Source: Alphaproteobacteria bacterium
GTDB lineage: Bacteria > Pseudomonadota > Alphaproteobacteria > GCA-2731375
NCBI GenBank assembly: GCA_965232515.1
Contig: CBDDPY010000002.1
Coordinates: 2,112,001 to 2,176,000, forward strand
Length of the DNA stretch: 64,000 bases
Direction: 5' to 3'
Shown: positions 1-10,187 of the stretch, piece by piece
Layout of the letters: each line of letters starts with the position of its first letter
Position numbering within the stretch: the stretch's first letter is position 1
Notes under the pieces: generated by a model
What the model was told of the DNA's origin: nothing
Database searches by the model: none
Seen by the model: only the letters and a program-made list of their open reading frames with translations
Made by a program: the position numbers and the translations under genes

Positions 1-669
1 AACCTGCTGGTGCGGAACCGGCAAAACGACGTCGCCGGCCTGTTGCGGATCTCGATCCCGCCCAACCTCGCCGAAGACCTGTTCGTCCCCGTCGTGAATG
101 CCTTCCAGGCGGACTTCCCGAAGGCCCGCGTCTCGGTCTTCGTCACCGAGCGTCACGTCGATCTCATCGCCGACGGCATCGATCTGGCATTCCGCGTCGG
201 CGAGCTCCGCGATAGCGGCCTGACGGCGCGACGGGTCGCCGAATTTCGACCGCGTCTCGTGGCCGCGCCCGCCTATCTGGCGACGCACGGCGCGCCGGCA
301 TCACCGCAACAGCTTTCGCAGCACCGCATCGTCGCCTTCGGTGATGGACGCGCCGCCACGACCTGGCGCCTGACCGGCAGCCGGTCATCGGACACCGATG
401 CCGCCGTCACCGTAAAGCTCGAGCCGGACCTGACGATGAACGACTACCGCGGCATTCTGCACGCCGTCCGGGCCGGCGCGGGCATCGCGGAGATCCCCGA
501 TGTGATCTGCGCCGGATCTATCGACGCCGGCGATCTGATGCCGGTCCTCGACGGCTGGACCTTCGCGCCCGTCGACCTCACGGCGCTGCATGCCGGCAAC
601 AGACACGCCTCCCGCCTGGTTCGCCTGTTCCTCGACGCCTGTATCACGGCCTTCAAACAACTGCCTTAG
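1..669 (+). CDS. LysR family transcriptional regulator (5'-truncated; substrate-binding domain)
   Basis: Frame is open from base 1; GLLRISIP...VDLIADGIDLAFRVG, typical of the CrgA-like LysR C-terminal domain. Confidence 0.9.
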   Translation, partial: NLLVRNRQNDVAGLLRISIPPNLAEDLFVPVVNAFQADFPKARVSVFVTERHVDLIADGIDLAFRVGELRDSGLTARRVAEFRPRLVAAPAYLATHGAPASPQQLSQHRIVAFGDGRAATTWRLTGSRSSDTDAAVTVKLEPDLTMNDYRGILHAVRAGAGIAEIPDVICAGSIDAGDLMPVLDGWTFAPVDLTALHAGNRHASRLVRLFLDACITAFKQLP

Positions 670-682
670 CCCCAAGCTTACA

Positions 683-725
683 GTTGTGTCATGAAACTCC
701 ATCGACTAGCGTTTCAACATGAAAC
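683..725. promoter_or_regulatory. Putative HxlR autoregulatory operator pair
   Basis: Inverted repeat GTTTCA-aca-TGAAAC (711-725) overlaps the hxlR ATG; a degenerate copy GTTGTG-tca-TGAAAC lies at 683-697. Confidence 0.45.
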
Positions 726-1168
726 TCACGTCTTTCGAGGATTGGAACTGCTCGCTCGCCCAGACCATGAACGTGATCGGCGAGCGCTGGACCGTGCTGA
801 TCCTGCGCGACGCCTTTTTCGGCGTGACGCGGTTCGACGACTTCCAGCAACGGCTCGGCATCGCCCGCAACATCCTGACGACGCGCCTCAAGCAGCTCAC
901 CGATGAGGGCGTGTTGGCGCGCACGATCGGTGACCACGGCCGGCCGGAATACCGCCTGACCGACAAGGGCTACGAGCTGGTGCCGATCCTGCTCGCCATC
1001 GCGCAGTGGGGCGACAAGCACAAGCCGAACCCGAAAGGCGCGCGGGCGATCTTCGTCGACCGCAAGACCGGCAAGCGCATCCGGCGCATCGACATCCGCG
1101 CCACCGACGGCAGCAAGCTTCACCCGAGGGACATCACTTTCAAACGCGGCCCCGGCCTTTCCGCTTAG
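719..1168 (+). CDS. HxlR family winged-helix transcriptional regulator
   Basis: CSLAQTMNVIGERWTVLILRDAFFGVTRFDDF...EYRLTDKG motifs. Confidence 0.92.
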   Translation: MKLTSFEDWNCSLAQTMNVIGERWTVLILRDAFFGVTRFDDFQQRLGIARNILTTRLKQLTDEGVLARTIGDHGRPEYRLTDKGYELVPILLAIAQWGDKHKPNPKGARAIFVDRKTGKRIRRIDIRATDGSKLHPRDITFKRGPGLSA

Positions 1169-1180
1169 GGGACCCCCGAG

Positions 1181-2971
1181 ATGACCGCGGCTTACCCGAT
1201 CACCGATCACGACTACGACGTCGTCATCGTCGGGGCCGGCGGCGCGGGCTTGCGCGCGGCGGTCGGCATGGTCGAGGCCGGGCTGAAGACCGCTGTTGTC
1301 AGCAAGGTGTTCCCGACGCGCAGCCATACCGTCGCCGCCCAGGGCGGCATCTCGGCCGCGCTCGGCAATATGAGCGCGGACGACTGGCGCTGGCACATGT
1401 ACGACACCGTCAAGGGCTCGGACTGGCTCGGCGACCAGGACGCCATCGAGATCATGTGCCGTGACGCCATCCCCGCCGTGCTCGAGCTCGAGCATTTGGG
1501 CGTGCCCTTCTCCCGCACCGCGGCCGGCACGATCTATCAGCGCGCCTTCGGCGGCATGACCACGCGCTTCGGCGAGGGCATGGCGCAACGCACCTGCGCC
1601 GCGGCCGACCGCACCGGCCACGCCATCCTGCACACGCTCTATCAGGCGCTGCAGCAGCGGGCCGAATTCTTCATCGAATTCATCGCCCTCGATCTGCTCA
1701 TGGACCGCGACGCCAACGCCTGCCGCGGCGTCGTCGCCTGGAACCTGGACGACGGCGGCATCCATCGTTTCAACGCGCCGATGACGGTGCTGGCGACCGG
1801 CGGCTGCGGCCGGGTCTATTTCTCGACGACCCAGGCGCACACCTGCACCGGCGACGGCAACGCCATGGCGCTGCGCGCCGGCCTGCCGCTGCAGGACATG
1901 GAGTTCGTCCAGTTCCACCCCACAGGGATCTACGGCGCCGGCATGCTGATCACCGAGGGCGCGCGCGGCGAAGGCGGCTATCTCACCAACGCCGACGGCG
2001 AGCGCTTCATGGAACGCTACGCGCCGTCGGCCAGGGACCTCGCCAGCCGCGACGTGGTCAGCCGGGCGATGACCGTCGAGATCCGCGAGGGCCGCGGCCT
2101 CGGGCCCGAGCGCGATCACATCCACCTGCATCTCGAACACCTGGATCCGGCAATCGTCCGCGAGCGTTTGCCCGGCATCGCCGAGTCGGCCCGGATCTTC
2201 GCCGGCGTCGACGTAACGAAGGCGCCGATCCCGGTGCTGCCGACGTCGCACTACAACATGGGCGGCATCCCGACCAACCACCTGACCGAGGTGATCGATC
2301 CGACCGACGCAAACAAAGACCGGACGCTCGGCGGCCTGCTGGCGATCGGCGAAGCGGCCTGCGTCTCCGTGCACGGCGCCAACCGCTTGGGCTCCAATTC
2401 GCTTCTGGACCTGGTCGTGTTCGGCCGGGCCGCCGGCCGCCGGGCGGCCGAGCTGGTGCGGCCCGGCGCGGCGGTAAGGCGGGCGCCCGCGCATGAGACC
2501 GAGCGCGCGCTTACCCGCCTCGACCGATTCCGCCATGCGGGCGGCCCGTTGCCGGCCGCCGAGCTGCGGTTGGAGATGCAGCGCATCATGCAGACGGACT
2601 GCGGCATCTTCCGCGGCGGCGAATGGCTGCGGCAAGGCATCGCGCGCATGCGCCAGGTCTGGGCCAAGCGCGCCGACATCGGGCTCGGCGACCGCTCGCT
2701 GGTCTGGAACTCGGATCTGGTCGAGACGTTGGAGCTCGACAACCTGATGGCGCAAGCCGTCGCGATCCTGAGCGCGGCCGAGCACCGCACCGAAAGCCGC
2801 GGCGCGCACGCCCGCGAGGACTTCCCCGACCGCGACGACACCCAATGGCTGACGCACACCACCGTCCGGGTCGACGAATGGGGCGAATCCACCCTCGGCG
2901 ACCGGCCGGTGCGTCTCCACACCATGAGCAACGACGTCGAGCCCTTCCCGCCCAAGGCGCGGGTGTATTGA
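1181..2971 (+). CDS. sdhA: Succinate dehydrogenase flavoprotein subunit (stand-alone copy)
   Basis: GAGGAG FAD motif, [10 protein letters not shown] covalent-FAD His, [33 protein letters not shown]-terminal PPKARVY. Confidence 0.93.
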   Translation: MTAAYPITDHDYDVVIVGAGGAGLRAAVGMVEAGLKTAVVSKVFPTRSHTVAAQGGISAALGNMSADDWRWHMYDTVKGSDWLGDQDAIEIMCRDAIPAVLELEHLGVPFSRTAAGTIYQRAFGGMTTRFGEGMAQRTCAAADRTGHAILHTLYQALQQRAEFFIEFIALDLLMDRDANACRGVVAWNLDDGGIHRFNAPMTVLATGGCGRVYFSTTQAHTCTGDGNAMALRAGLPLQDMEFVQFHPTGIYGAGMLITEGARGEGGYLTNADGERFMERYAPSARDLASRDVVSRAMTVEIREGRGLGPERDHIHLHLEHLDPAIVRERLPGIAESARIFAGVDVTKAPIPVLPTSHYNMGGIPTNHLTEVIDPTDANKDRTLGGLLAIGEAACVSVHGANRLGSNSLLDLVVFGRAAGRRAAELVRPGAAVRRAPAHETERALTRLDRFRHAGGPLPAAELRLEMQRIMQTDCGIFRGGEWLRQGIARMRQVWAKRADIGLGDRSLVWNSDLVETLELDNLMAQAVAILSAAEHRTESRGAHAREDFPDRDDTQWLTHTTVRVDEWGESTLGDRPVRLHTMSNDVEPFPPKARVY

Positions 2972-2986
2972 TCTGCGCCTACGCCG

Positions 2987-4363
2987 TCATTCCCGTTCAA
3001 GCGCCTCCGCAAACGCAGGATCGAGCGTCGCCGGGTCGATGCGCTCGGCCCAGGAGGTGACGGGGATCAGTTGACGCGTTGCGTCGTCGGGGTCGTTGGC
3101 GCGGACCGGGTTGACGAATTCCCAGACAATGTCGCCGTCGGCCGTCACCTCGAACAGCCGGCCGCCCACCGCCTCGGTGATCAGCGTGTTGCCGTTCGAC
3201 AGCCGTTGCTGCGCCGCCCGCACCTCGGAATCGAACGGCCTCTCGCGCGTGCCCCGGTACTGCCAGGTGATCTCCGACGTCATCGGATCGAAGGCGATCA
3301 CGCGCGAGCGACCGCCGGGCCCGAAATGGCCCAGATTGTCGAACAGCATGATCTCGCCGTTCGGCAGCACATCGGCGTCGTGCTGCGACATCCAGGGTCC
3401 GCGCAGGGCCCAGACGATCTGCTGCCGCTCCAGGTCCAGCACGGCGATCGTGTCCATGTCGCGGAACGAGAGCAGCACCTGGCCGGCTTTCGCGAACGGC
3501 AGCTTCGCCGCGGCCTCGGTGTCGATCACGTCGATCGAGTTGGTGTGCAGGAAGTCGTCGTCGTTGTACCACGAGCCCTTGTTGAGCAGCCGCGCATAGG
3601 GCGAGTTCACGAAGGCATCGATGATCGGCACGCGCTGCAGTTCCGCGCCGTCGGGCGACAGGACGACGACGGAATCGTCGATGCGCGGCATCGTCAGGTG
3701 CGGAAAGCCGTCATAGAGCTTGCGGCTGAATTCGTGCGTCAGCGCGTAGATCCGCCCGTCCGCGCCCACATCGACGTCATGGTGCGTGTGCTGCAGATAG
3801 GTCCAGAGCGGCTCGGACTCGGCGTTCAGCTTGACCAGGCCATAGCCCCAGGGCGAGTCGCCGGCGGCCACGTAGATCGCCAACAGGTCGCCGTTCGGAA
3901 ACAGATGCGCCTTGCGCCAGTACATGAAGTTGTCGGGCTGCGGGTCTTCGACGGCCGCGCTCTCGTTCCAGACCGCGCTGAACGGCAATCGCCATTCGTG
4001 CGCCACCTCGCCCGCCATCGTCACCAGCCGCGCATGCGTGCCGTCGCCGGACGTATAGAGCGTCAGGCCGGCCTGCGCCCGGGCCGGGTCGTGAATGGTG
4101 ACGCCGCGTTGGTCGCCGCGCGCCGGCACCCACAGATCGGTGCGGAACTCGTTCGGATAGTGGGTCTGCTTGGCGATCAGCGCCTGGCCGCCGCGATAGG
4201 CGTCGCCCAGATAGCGCGACGGAAACGACTCGTTCAGGATCACGAAAGCGCCGGCGACAAAGCTCAGGAACATCGCCGACAGCAGGAAGACGCCGAAGCC
4301 GATCCGCCCCGCGACCGATCCGGACGCTTCGGCATGCGCTGTCACCACCGCCTGACTGCTCAA
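2987..4363 (-). CDS. Arylsulfotransferase (ASST) family beta-propeller protein
   Basis: HHD, DFLHTNSI, QHDA, FDN and QRLSNGNTLITE motifs; N-terminal TM; start placed at TTG 4363 behind AAGGAG. Confidence 0.85.
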   Translation of the reverse strand: MSSQAVVTAHAEASGSVAGRIGFGVFLLSAMFLSFVAGAFVILNESFPSRYLGDAYRGGQALIAKQTHYPNEFRTDLWVPARGDQRGVTIHDPARAQAGLTLYTSGDGTHARLVTMAGEVAHEWRLPFSAVWNESAAVEDPQPDNFMYWRKAHLFPNGDLLAIYVAAGDSPWGYGLVKLNAESEPLWTYLQHTHHDVDVGADGRIYALTHEFSRKLYDGFPHLTMPRIDDSVVVLSPDGAELQRVPIIDAFVNSPYARLLNKGSWYNDDDFLHTNSIDVIDTEAAAKLPFAKAGQVLLSFRDMDTIAVLDLERQQIVWALRGPWMSQHDADVLPNGEIMLFDNLGHFGPGGRSRVIAFDPMTSEITWQYRGTRERPFDSEVRAAQQRLSNGNTLITEAVGGRLFEVTADGDIVWEFVNPVRANDPDDATRQLIPVTSWAERIDPATLDPAFAEALERE

Positions 4364-4517
4364 GGGCTCGGCTCCTTCTCTCTTGGATTCGGCACGCCAT
4401 ACGGACCGTCGTCTCGAATACGTGCGCGCGTGTCGGCGGATGTAAAGCGGTCGATGTGAAGGAAAATCGTGACCGAAAAGGGAACGGGCAAATGACCGGC
4501 CGCCCGGCGGCCGGCGT

Positions 4518-5006
4518 TCAGGCGGACCGGTCGGCAGCTTCCGGCGGCCAGACGATCTCGAACCGCTCGAACACGGTCTCGATACTGTCGGACATCTCGA
4601 AGCCCTCGCGCGCGGCCTGCGCGGCGAAATAGGTGCGGTGGTTCGCCAGCCAGTCGGCGCGCGTCCGGTCCCCCTCGCCCTCGTCCCAGGCAAAGGCGTC
4701 GTCGACCTCGACCAACGGCTTCACCGTGATCTCGGTCGTGCGCCAGATACATCGCGGCTCGCCAAGGCTGTCGACAACGACCACGAAATCGCCCACCCGC
4801 GGCATCGGCTCGCGTCCCGGCCCATAGTCCCGCGCCAGCGACGCGGTCGCCCGCTTACGCCCCGCCAGCACGAGGTGGAGCAGCTCGTCCATCATTTCAG
4901 CCGTATCCCCGAACACCACCACCACATAGTCCGCGGTGTCCTCGCCACTGGCCGCGACGAACGCCTGCCAGAACCGATCCGTCGCCGGTGTCTTTGTCGG
5001 GCTCAA
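4518..5006 (-). CDS. ASCH domain protein
   Basis: FGD...LLHLVLAGRKRATAS, FAWDEGEGDRT, VFERF; TTG start at 5006 behind GGAGG. Confidence 0.88.
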   Translation of the reverse strand: MSPTKTPATDRFWQAFVAASGEDTADYVVVVFGDTAEMMDELLHLVLAGRKRATASLARDYGPGREPMPRVGDFVVVVDSLGEPRCIWRTTEITVKPLVEVDDAFAWDEGEGDRTRADWLANHRTYFAAQAAREGFEMSDSIETVFERFEIVWPPEAADRSA

Positions 5007-5289
5007 TTTCGGGTACCTCCCGCGGATAAGCATACGGACGCAATAGATTGTCCCCACACAGGGGCGGCGACAAGGGCTGCATTTCCGGTCGTCGCGACGG
5101 TTAATGCAGCGCTGCATGGCGCTTATGCGGGCCCTCGGGTTCACGCCCGGCGGACGGAGCGGTATTGGAGCGCCCGTGGGGTGATGCCACGGGCCTGACA
5201 GGCGCACGGGCCGAGCGGCGAAACAACAGCAGTATCGCGTTTGGACTGAACCGCAGATCGAACTGCCAAGAAACCAAAGGACACCCGCT

Positions 5290-5700
5290 ATGACGCCCAA
5301 GCAAATCACACTCATTCAGGAGAGCCTCCGGAAGGTGCCGCCCGAGGCCGCCGCCGAGCTGTTCTACGACCGCCTGTTCACCCTGGACCCGGATCTGAAA
5401 CGCTTGTTCGTCGGCGACATGCGGGAGCAGGGCAGCAAGCTGATGTCGATGATCACCATCGTCGTTAACGGGCTGATGGATCTCGAACCGTTGCTGCCGA
5501 CGGTGCGGGCGCTGGGCGCGCGTCACGCCGGCTATGGCGTGAAGCCCGAGCACTACGACACCGTCGGCGACGCCCTGCTGTGGACGCTGGCCCAGGGCCT
5601 GGGCGACGACTTCACCGACGACGTCAAGCAGGCCTGGGCCGACGCCTACGGCCTCTTGTCCTCGACCATGATCCAGGCCTCGATGTCGAAGGCGGCCTGA
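5290..5700 (+). CDS. Single-domain globin (flavohemoglobin-like globin domain)
   Basis: FYDRLF, proximal His in LGARHAGYGV, HYDTVGDALLWTL, AWADAY. Confidence 0.92.
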   Translation: MTPKQITLIQESLRKVPPEAAAELFYDRLFTLDPDLKRLFVGDMREQGSKLMSMITIVVNGLMDLEPLLPTVRALGARHAGYGVKPEHYDTVGDALLWTLAQGLGDDFTDDVKQAWADAYGLLSSTMIQASMSKAA

Positions 5701-5795
5701 CCGAAAATACCGGTCGCCGGTCGGGGCGCCGCCATGCGCGACCGCCCCGGCTCGGCCGCCGCCTTGGCTGATGGCGGCTGACCGGCGGCGTTGGC

Positions 5796-6638
5796 TTGCG
5801 CATACGAAACCGACGCCTCATCTTGCAGGATCCGGTTCTGTGCATGGCGCCGGGGCAACTGGGCGAGGCGTTCGTGCAGTCCGGAAAGGACGTCATCGAG
5901 GTCGAAGGCCGCAAGACCGCCGTTGTCGTTAAGGGCGGCGGCGCGCCCGCCGTGGTGTTCATATCCGGCCTCGGCGACGGCATGTCATCCTGGACGCCGA
6001 TCCTTGGCCGGATCGCGGCGCGCACGACCGCCTTCGCCTACGACAGGCCGGGCTACGGTGAGAGCGCGCCGTGCAGGCATGGGCGCGCCGGCCGGGACGG
6101 CATCTTCGTCGCGCGTCATCTCAAGGCCAGCCTGACCGGCGCGGGCATCGCGCCGCCCTATGTCGTGGTCGGGCACTCGCTCGGCGGCCTCTATGCGCTC
6201 GGCTTCGCGAAGGCCTTCCCGAATGACATCGCGGGCCTGGTCCTGCTCGACATGCGCGCGCCGACTTATTCGCAAGCCTGCGCGGCCCACAGGTCCGTCC
6301 GCGCCGAAGCACCCTGGTACGCGACCCTGTTTCTGCCCGCGCACATGAAGGCCGAGATACACGGCGCCGCGATGGCCGAACAGCAGGCCCAGACGTTGGA
6401 AGAACTTGACGACATACCGGTCACGGTCGTCGCCGCCGCGAAACCCGATCCCGGCATCGACCGGGCCGTCTACGATCTCTGGCGGGACGAGCAGAAGAAG
6501 TTCGCCGACCGGCTCGCGGCCGGCAGGTTCGTCATCGCCGACGACTGCGCCCACGACATCCACAAGGACAATCCGGACCTCGTCGCGAACGAGATTCTGA
6601 CGGTCGTCGATATCGTCGCGGCCGCCCGGACGGCCTGA
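5796..6638 (+). CDS. Alpha/beta hydrolase
   Basis: YDRPGYGES, GHSLGG nucleophile elbow, C-terminal His (AHDIH); start uncertain. Confidence 0.88.
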   Translation: MRIRNRRLILQDPVLCMAPGQLGEAFVQSGKDVIEVEGRKTAVVVKGGGAPAVVFISGLGDGMSSWTPILGRIAARTTAFAYDRPGYGESAPCRHGRAGRDGIFVARHLKASLTGAGIAPPYVVVGHSLGGLYALGFAKAFPNDIAGLVLLDMRAPTYSQACAAHRSVRAEAPWYATLFLPAHMKAEIHGAAMAEQQAQTLEELDDIPVTVVAAAKPDPGIDRAVYDLWRDEQKKFADRLAAGRFVIADDCAHDIHKDNPDLVANEILTVVDIVAAARTA

Positions 6639-6694
6639 GCGACGATCGCCCGGAAAGGCGACGCCGCCGTGCGCGGCGCGTATAGTGCTCGACC

Positions 6695-7141
6695 ATGACA
6701 GACTTCGAGGTGACCGGCCGGTGCCTGTGCGGCGCGGTCGTCTACCGCGTCACGGCGCCGGCGAAGCGCCTTGAGCATTGCCACTGCACCTATTGCCGGC
6801 ATGCGCACGGCGCGCTCTACGCGTCCGGCGCGCTGGTCGATGCGGCGCACTTCCATATCGATCGGGGCTCAGAGCACCTGAAGGCCTTCACCAGCACGCC
6901 CGGCAATCACCGCTGGTTCTGCGGCGGCTGCGGTTGTCACATCTACATGTCGGTCGACGACATACCCTCGGAAATCTATTACTGGGCCGCCTCGCTCGAC
7001 GCCGACATGCATCCCGGCCACCCGGAGAATTGCGAATGGCATCTCTTCGTTGGCTCCAAGGCGAGCTGGGACCGCTTCGACCAGTCACTGCCGACACACG
7101 ACGCCTACGCCGATCGGCCCCGCCCGGACGACGACGGCTGA
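6695..7141 (+). CDS. GFA (glutathione-dependent formaldehyde-activating/CENP-V) family protein
   Basis: GRCLCGAV, CHCTYCR, FCGGCG zinc motifs. Confidence 0.9.
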   Translation: MTDFEVTGRCLCGAVVYRVTAPAKRLEHCHCTYCRHAHGALYASGALVDAAHFHIDRGSEHLKAFTSTPGNHRWFCGGCGCHIYMSVDDIPSEIYYWAASLDADMHPGHPENCEWHLFVGSKASWDRFDQSLPTHDAYADRPRPDDDG

Positions 7142-7275
7142 CAGGTCCGCGACCTGCCAATGCGTACGCCATGTGCGCCGGCTCGGGCTTGCCGCCCGTC
7201 ACGCGGACCGGGCGGCGACCCATGTGAATGTCGGCCCTCGGCATAAACCCGCGCTTGGGGGCGTTCCGATGGCCG

Positions 7276-7316
7276 GCGCCTGTCGCGTCCGTCGCGGAGC
7301 TCGACAAGGCCATCAC
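7276..7316 (-). pseudogene. MarR regulator remnant (short stub)
   Basis: Minus strand reads DGLVELRDGRDRR versus DGLVERRKGRDKR in the intact MarR at 10958-11464; it sits directly beside a copy of that gene's promoter/operator region. Confidence 0.5.
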
Positions 7317-7317
7317 T

Positions 7318-7370
7318 ATGTACGGCGCGCACGATTTTCAACTTGACTATATGTGCGCAGCGCACATAAT
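7318..7370 (+). promoter_or_regulatory. Sigma70-like promoter with MarR-type operator upstream of the GNAT gene
   Basis: TTGACT (7343-7348) and CATAAT (7365-7370) flank the palindrome TATGTGCG-cag-CGCACATA (7350-7368); second degenerate site at 7318-7334; inverted homolog of 10893-10948. Confidence 0.7.
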
Positions 7371-7378
7371 TATGGCCG

Positions 7379-7960
7379 ATGTCGAGAAAGCCCGCGACAA
7401 AGTACAAAACCAAAGCCCTCGATGCGGATACTTGGCCGGACTTCGCGCGTCTGGTCGAGGCGAACAACGGTGTCTGGGGCGGCTGTTGGTGCATGTGGTA
7501 TCACGGAAAGGGCGAAGGCTCGGACGACTCCCCGGCGAGAAAACGCGAGGCGAAGGAATGCCGCGTTCGGGAAGGACGGGCGCATGCCTCCCTGGTCTTT
7601 CATGGTACGGACTGCGTCGGCTGGTGCCAGTTCGGGTCGCCGGACGAGCTTCCGCGAATCCATAATCAGCGTGCCTATCTGGCGACCGATCCGATGCTGC
7701 CCGACTGGCGGATCACCTGCTTCTTTTCCGGCAAGGGCCATCGCGGCGCCGGCGTGGCGTCCGTCGCGCTCGAGGGGGCGATCGGGCAGATCAGGAAGAT
7801 GGGCGGCGGACGCATCGAGGGATACCCGGAAGACATCGAGGGCCGAAAGGCTTCGCCGGCATTCCTGTTCAACGGAGCGCTGCACATGTTCGAGCGCCTG
7901 GGCTTCGAGCGATCACGGAAGATCGGTAAGCACAAGTGGGTGGTGACGCTGAACGTGTAG
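7379..7960 (+). CDS. GNAT family N-acetyltransferase
   Basis: GGCWCM, VGWCQFG, WRITCFF, HRGAGVA acetyl-CoA motif, IEGYP. Confidence 0.88.
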   Translation: MSRKPATKYKTKALDADTWPDFARLVEANNGVWGGCWCMWYHGKGEGSDDSPARKREAKECRVREGRAHASLVFHGTDCVGWCQFGSPDELPRIHNQRAYLATDPMLPDWRITCFFSGKGHRGAGVASVALEGAIGQIRKMGGGRIEGYPEDIEGRKASPAFLFNGALHMFERLGFERSRKIGKHKWVVTLNV

Positions 7961-8046
7961 TCTTCTTCGTCCCGGTCTGGACGATATGCTGCCCCGAAAT
8001 AGAGAAGCCTGGCGCACTCTGACAAGGCTGCGGTGACCGAGACCCG

Positions 8047-8610
8047 TCACCTTCTCGGCTTCGCCGCAAGCGGAAGATCATCGAATAGCCCGGGCGCTTC
8101 GCCAATTTGCGCGCCTTCGATCGCGAGCATCCTGAGCTTCGTCGCAATACCACCAGCCGCCGAAAAGCCGGTGAGCCTGCCGCCCGCGCCGATGACACGA
8201 TGGCACGGCACGATGATCGGCAACGGGTTGTGGCCGAGGGCCTGTCCGACATCGCGGGCAAGCCGCTTGTCGCCGAGTTGCGACGCGATGGCGCCATAGG
8301 TCGATGTCTCGCCGGCCGGGATCGCGCGCGTTGCGGCATAGACCTGTGCTGCAAACGGATCGATCCCGCCGAAGTCGCAGACGATGGAGGTAAGATCCGT
8401 CCCTTCCCCCTCGAGCAGAGCGGTCATCGACTCGATGGCGCGACGAATAGCGGTCGGCGGCTCGCCCTTTGTGGCGCCCGTTCGCGCGGCCAGACGGCGG
8501 CCGGTGTCAGCAGAGCTTTTGTCCGGAAGGCGCGTTGCGACGACCGCGTCATTGCACCAGGCAATGCCGCAGTCACCGAGCGGAGTCGGAAAGAGCGAGA
8601 AGTGCACCAT
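8047..8610 (-). CDS. ogt: Methylated-DNA--protein-cysteine methyltransferase
   Basis: IPAGETSTYG, active-site IIVPCHRV; start MVHFSLFPTPLG at 8610. Confidence 0.92.
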   Translation of the reverse strand: MVHFSLFPTPLGDCGIAWCNDAVVATRLPDKSSADTGRRLAARTGATKGEPPTAIRRAIESMTALLEGEGTDLTSIVCDFGGIDPFAAQVYAATRAIPAGETSTYGAIASQLGDKRLARDVGQALGHNPLPIIVPCHRVIGAGGRLTGFSAAGGIATKLRMLAIEGAQIGEAPGLFDDLPLAAKPRR

Positions 8611-8764
8611 GGGTCGAGCGTTATGCACGCTTGTACACCAACTGAAGTCCTGTTTCCGAACGCTCTTCAGATGAACGAGATGCAGCCTGCCCGGCTGCAC
8701 AGAGCTTCGCGACTTTAACCTTCGGGCGATTTCGATGCATATCAGTCCTCGATCTTGCCGCCGA

Positions 8765-10018
8765 CTACGCCTTCGTGCGAGCCATTTTGGGCGGTCGGGG
8801 CAGGCGCCAGAACGCGAGCGTGCCGAGCGCGACCAATGCGCAGACCGTCAGCAGCGCGGCGCTCAGCGGGTCGATGACTTGCCCCGGCGCAAGCGATGCC
8901 GCCACGCCGCTGAGCCACTGCACCGCGGCGACGCCGGAGAACATCGCCATCGTGAACACGCTGAGCGCGCGCCCCGTCATCCTGGCGGGATATGCGGATC
9001 GCAAGTCGGCGTACTGCAGGACGATGTAGCCCGCGAAGAAGCCGTTGAAGATCGCAAGGGCAACATCGAAGAACGCTCCCACGCCGACTGCGAGCGCCGC
9101 GAACTGCGCCGCATAGGCTGCACTGCAGCCGATAATGATGGCGCGTCGCGCGCGGCCGCCAGGGTCGAAGCGCCCCAAGACGAGAGGCCCTAGCAGCGCG
9201 GCGAGCGAGACCGCGAACGCGACGTGGCCGACCTCGACAAGCGAGAGGCCGTGGCGCTGCGCGAGCAGCGGGCCCAGCCACAGCCCGCGCAGCGCGAGGA
9301 ACGCCGCGTAGGTGACTGCGGCCAGGCAGCAGATGCCGGCGGTGTAGGGCCTTAAGAGGATCGAGCCGAGATCGCGCAGCGCCGCGCCGAGGGTCTGGCC
9401 TTGAGCCCGCGACGGCATGGGCTCGTCGCGGACGCACCAGAGCACGGCGATCCAGCTCGCGGCGGCGAGCAAGGTCAGCGCAACGAAGCCCGCACGCCAC
9501 GACCAGGTTGCGATCACCCACGCAAGCGGCGTGCTAGTGATCAGCATGCCAACCCCGCCGACCCCCATCACGACGCCGGACACGGCCGCGAAGCGATCGG
9601 CCGGGTAGCGCCGGGAAATGAAAACCATCGCCGCGAGCAGCGCCGGCGCGCAGCCGAAACCGATCAGCCATTGGCCGGCGACGAGCATGGCTAAACTGTT
9701 CGCGCTGGCTGACACCGCGCTGCCGGCCATCGCGAGCACGAACGCGACGACGATGGTGCGTCGTGGCCCATGCCGGTCGAGCGCGACCCCAACCGCCGGC
9801 TGTGCGAGCGCGAAGGCGAGGTGAAACGCGCCCGCCACTGCGCCGAGTGCCTGTGCTGAGGCCCCGAACTCGGCCGCGAGCGGGTCGGCAGTGATCGTCA
9901 CGACGGTGCGAAAGGCGTGGCTGAGGATGAAGACCGCGATCAGCGCTGCGAGCATCAGCGACGTGCGGCGGCGCTCGCGTGCGGCCGTAGCCTCGGTGGC
10001 CAACACAGTCGTCCTCAC
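8765..10018 (-). CDS. MFS transporter
   Basis: About 12 hydrophobic segments; motif A GVALDRHGPRR. Confidence 0.9.
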   Translation of the reverse strand: MRTTVLATEATAARERRRTSLMLAALIAVFILSHAFRTVVTITADPLAAEFGASAQALGAVAGAFHLAFALAQPAVGVALDRHGPRRTIVVAFVLAMAGSAVSASANSLAMLVAGQWLIGFGCAPALLAAMVFISRRYPADRFAAVSGVVMGVGGVGMLITSTPLAWVIATWSWRAGFVALTLLAAASWIAVLWCVRDEPMPSRAQGQTLGAALRDLGSILLRPYTAGICCLAAVTYAAFLALRGLWLGPLLAQRHGLSLVEVGHVAFAVSLAALLGPLVLGRFDPGGRARRAIIIGCSAAYAAQFAALAVGVGAFFDVALAIFNGFFAGYIVLQYADLRSAYPARMTGRALSVFTMAMFSGVAAVQWLSGVAASLAPGQVIDPLSAALLTVCALVALGTLAFWRLPRPPKMARTKA

Positions 10019-10187
10019 GACGGCAACGGTTCCAAGGTTGAAGCCGGCGTCGGGGTACGGCCTGCTGGGGCGCGGGAGCCCCCGCTCCAGCCTTCCGCCA
10101 TGCGAGCGTCCGGACGCGGGCTAGCTGGAGCATTCGCTCCACAACGTCGGCGATCAGGCGCGAGGCTCATGAGGCGTGGGCCATGGG

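Noticed and set aside
689-2920. Long antisense ORFs (also 22563-23741, 24518-25702, 25669-27150, 41000-43237, 56273-58291, 61719-63020)
   Set aside because: Shadow frames opposite well-supported genes in high-GC DNA
10135-10175. attC-like right end (cctgatcgccgacGTT on minus)
   Set aside because: No complementary AAC inverse core, GTTRRRY not satisfied, and no integron integrase
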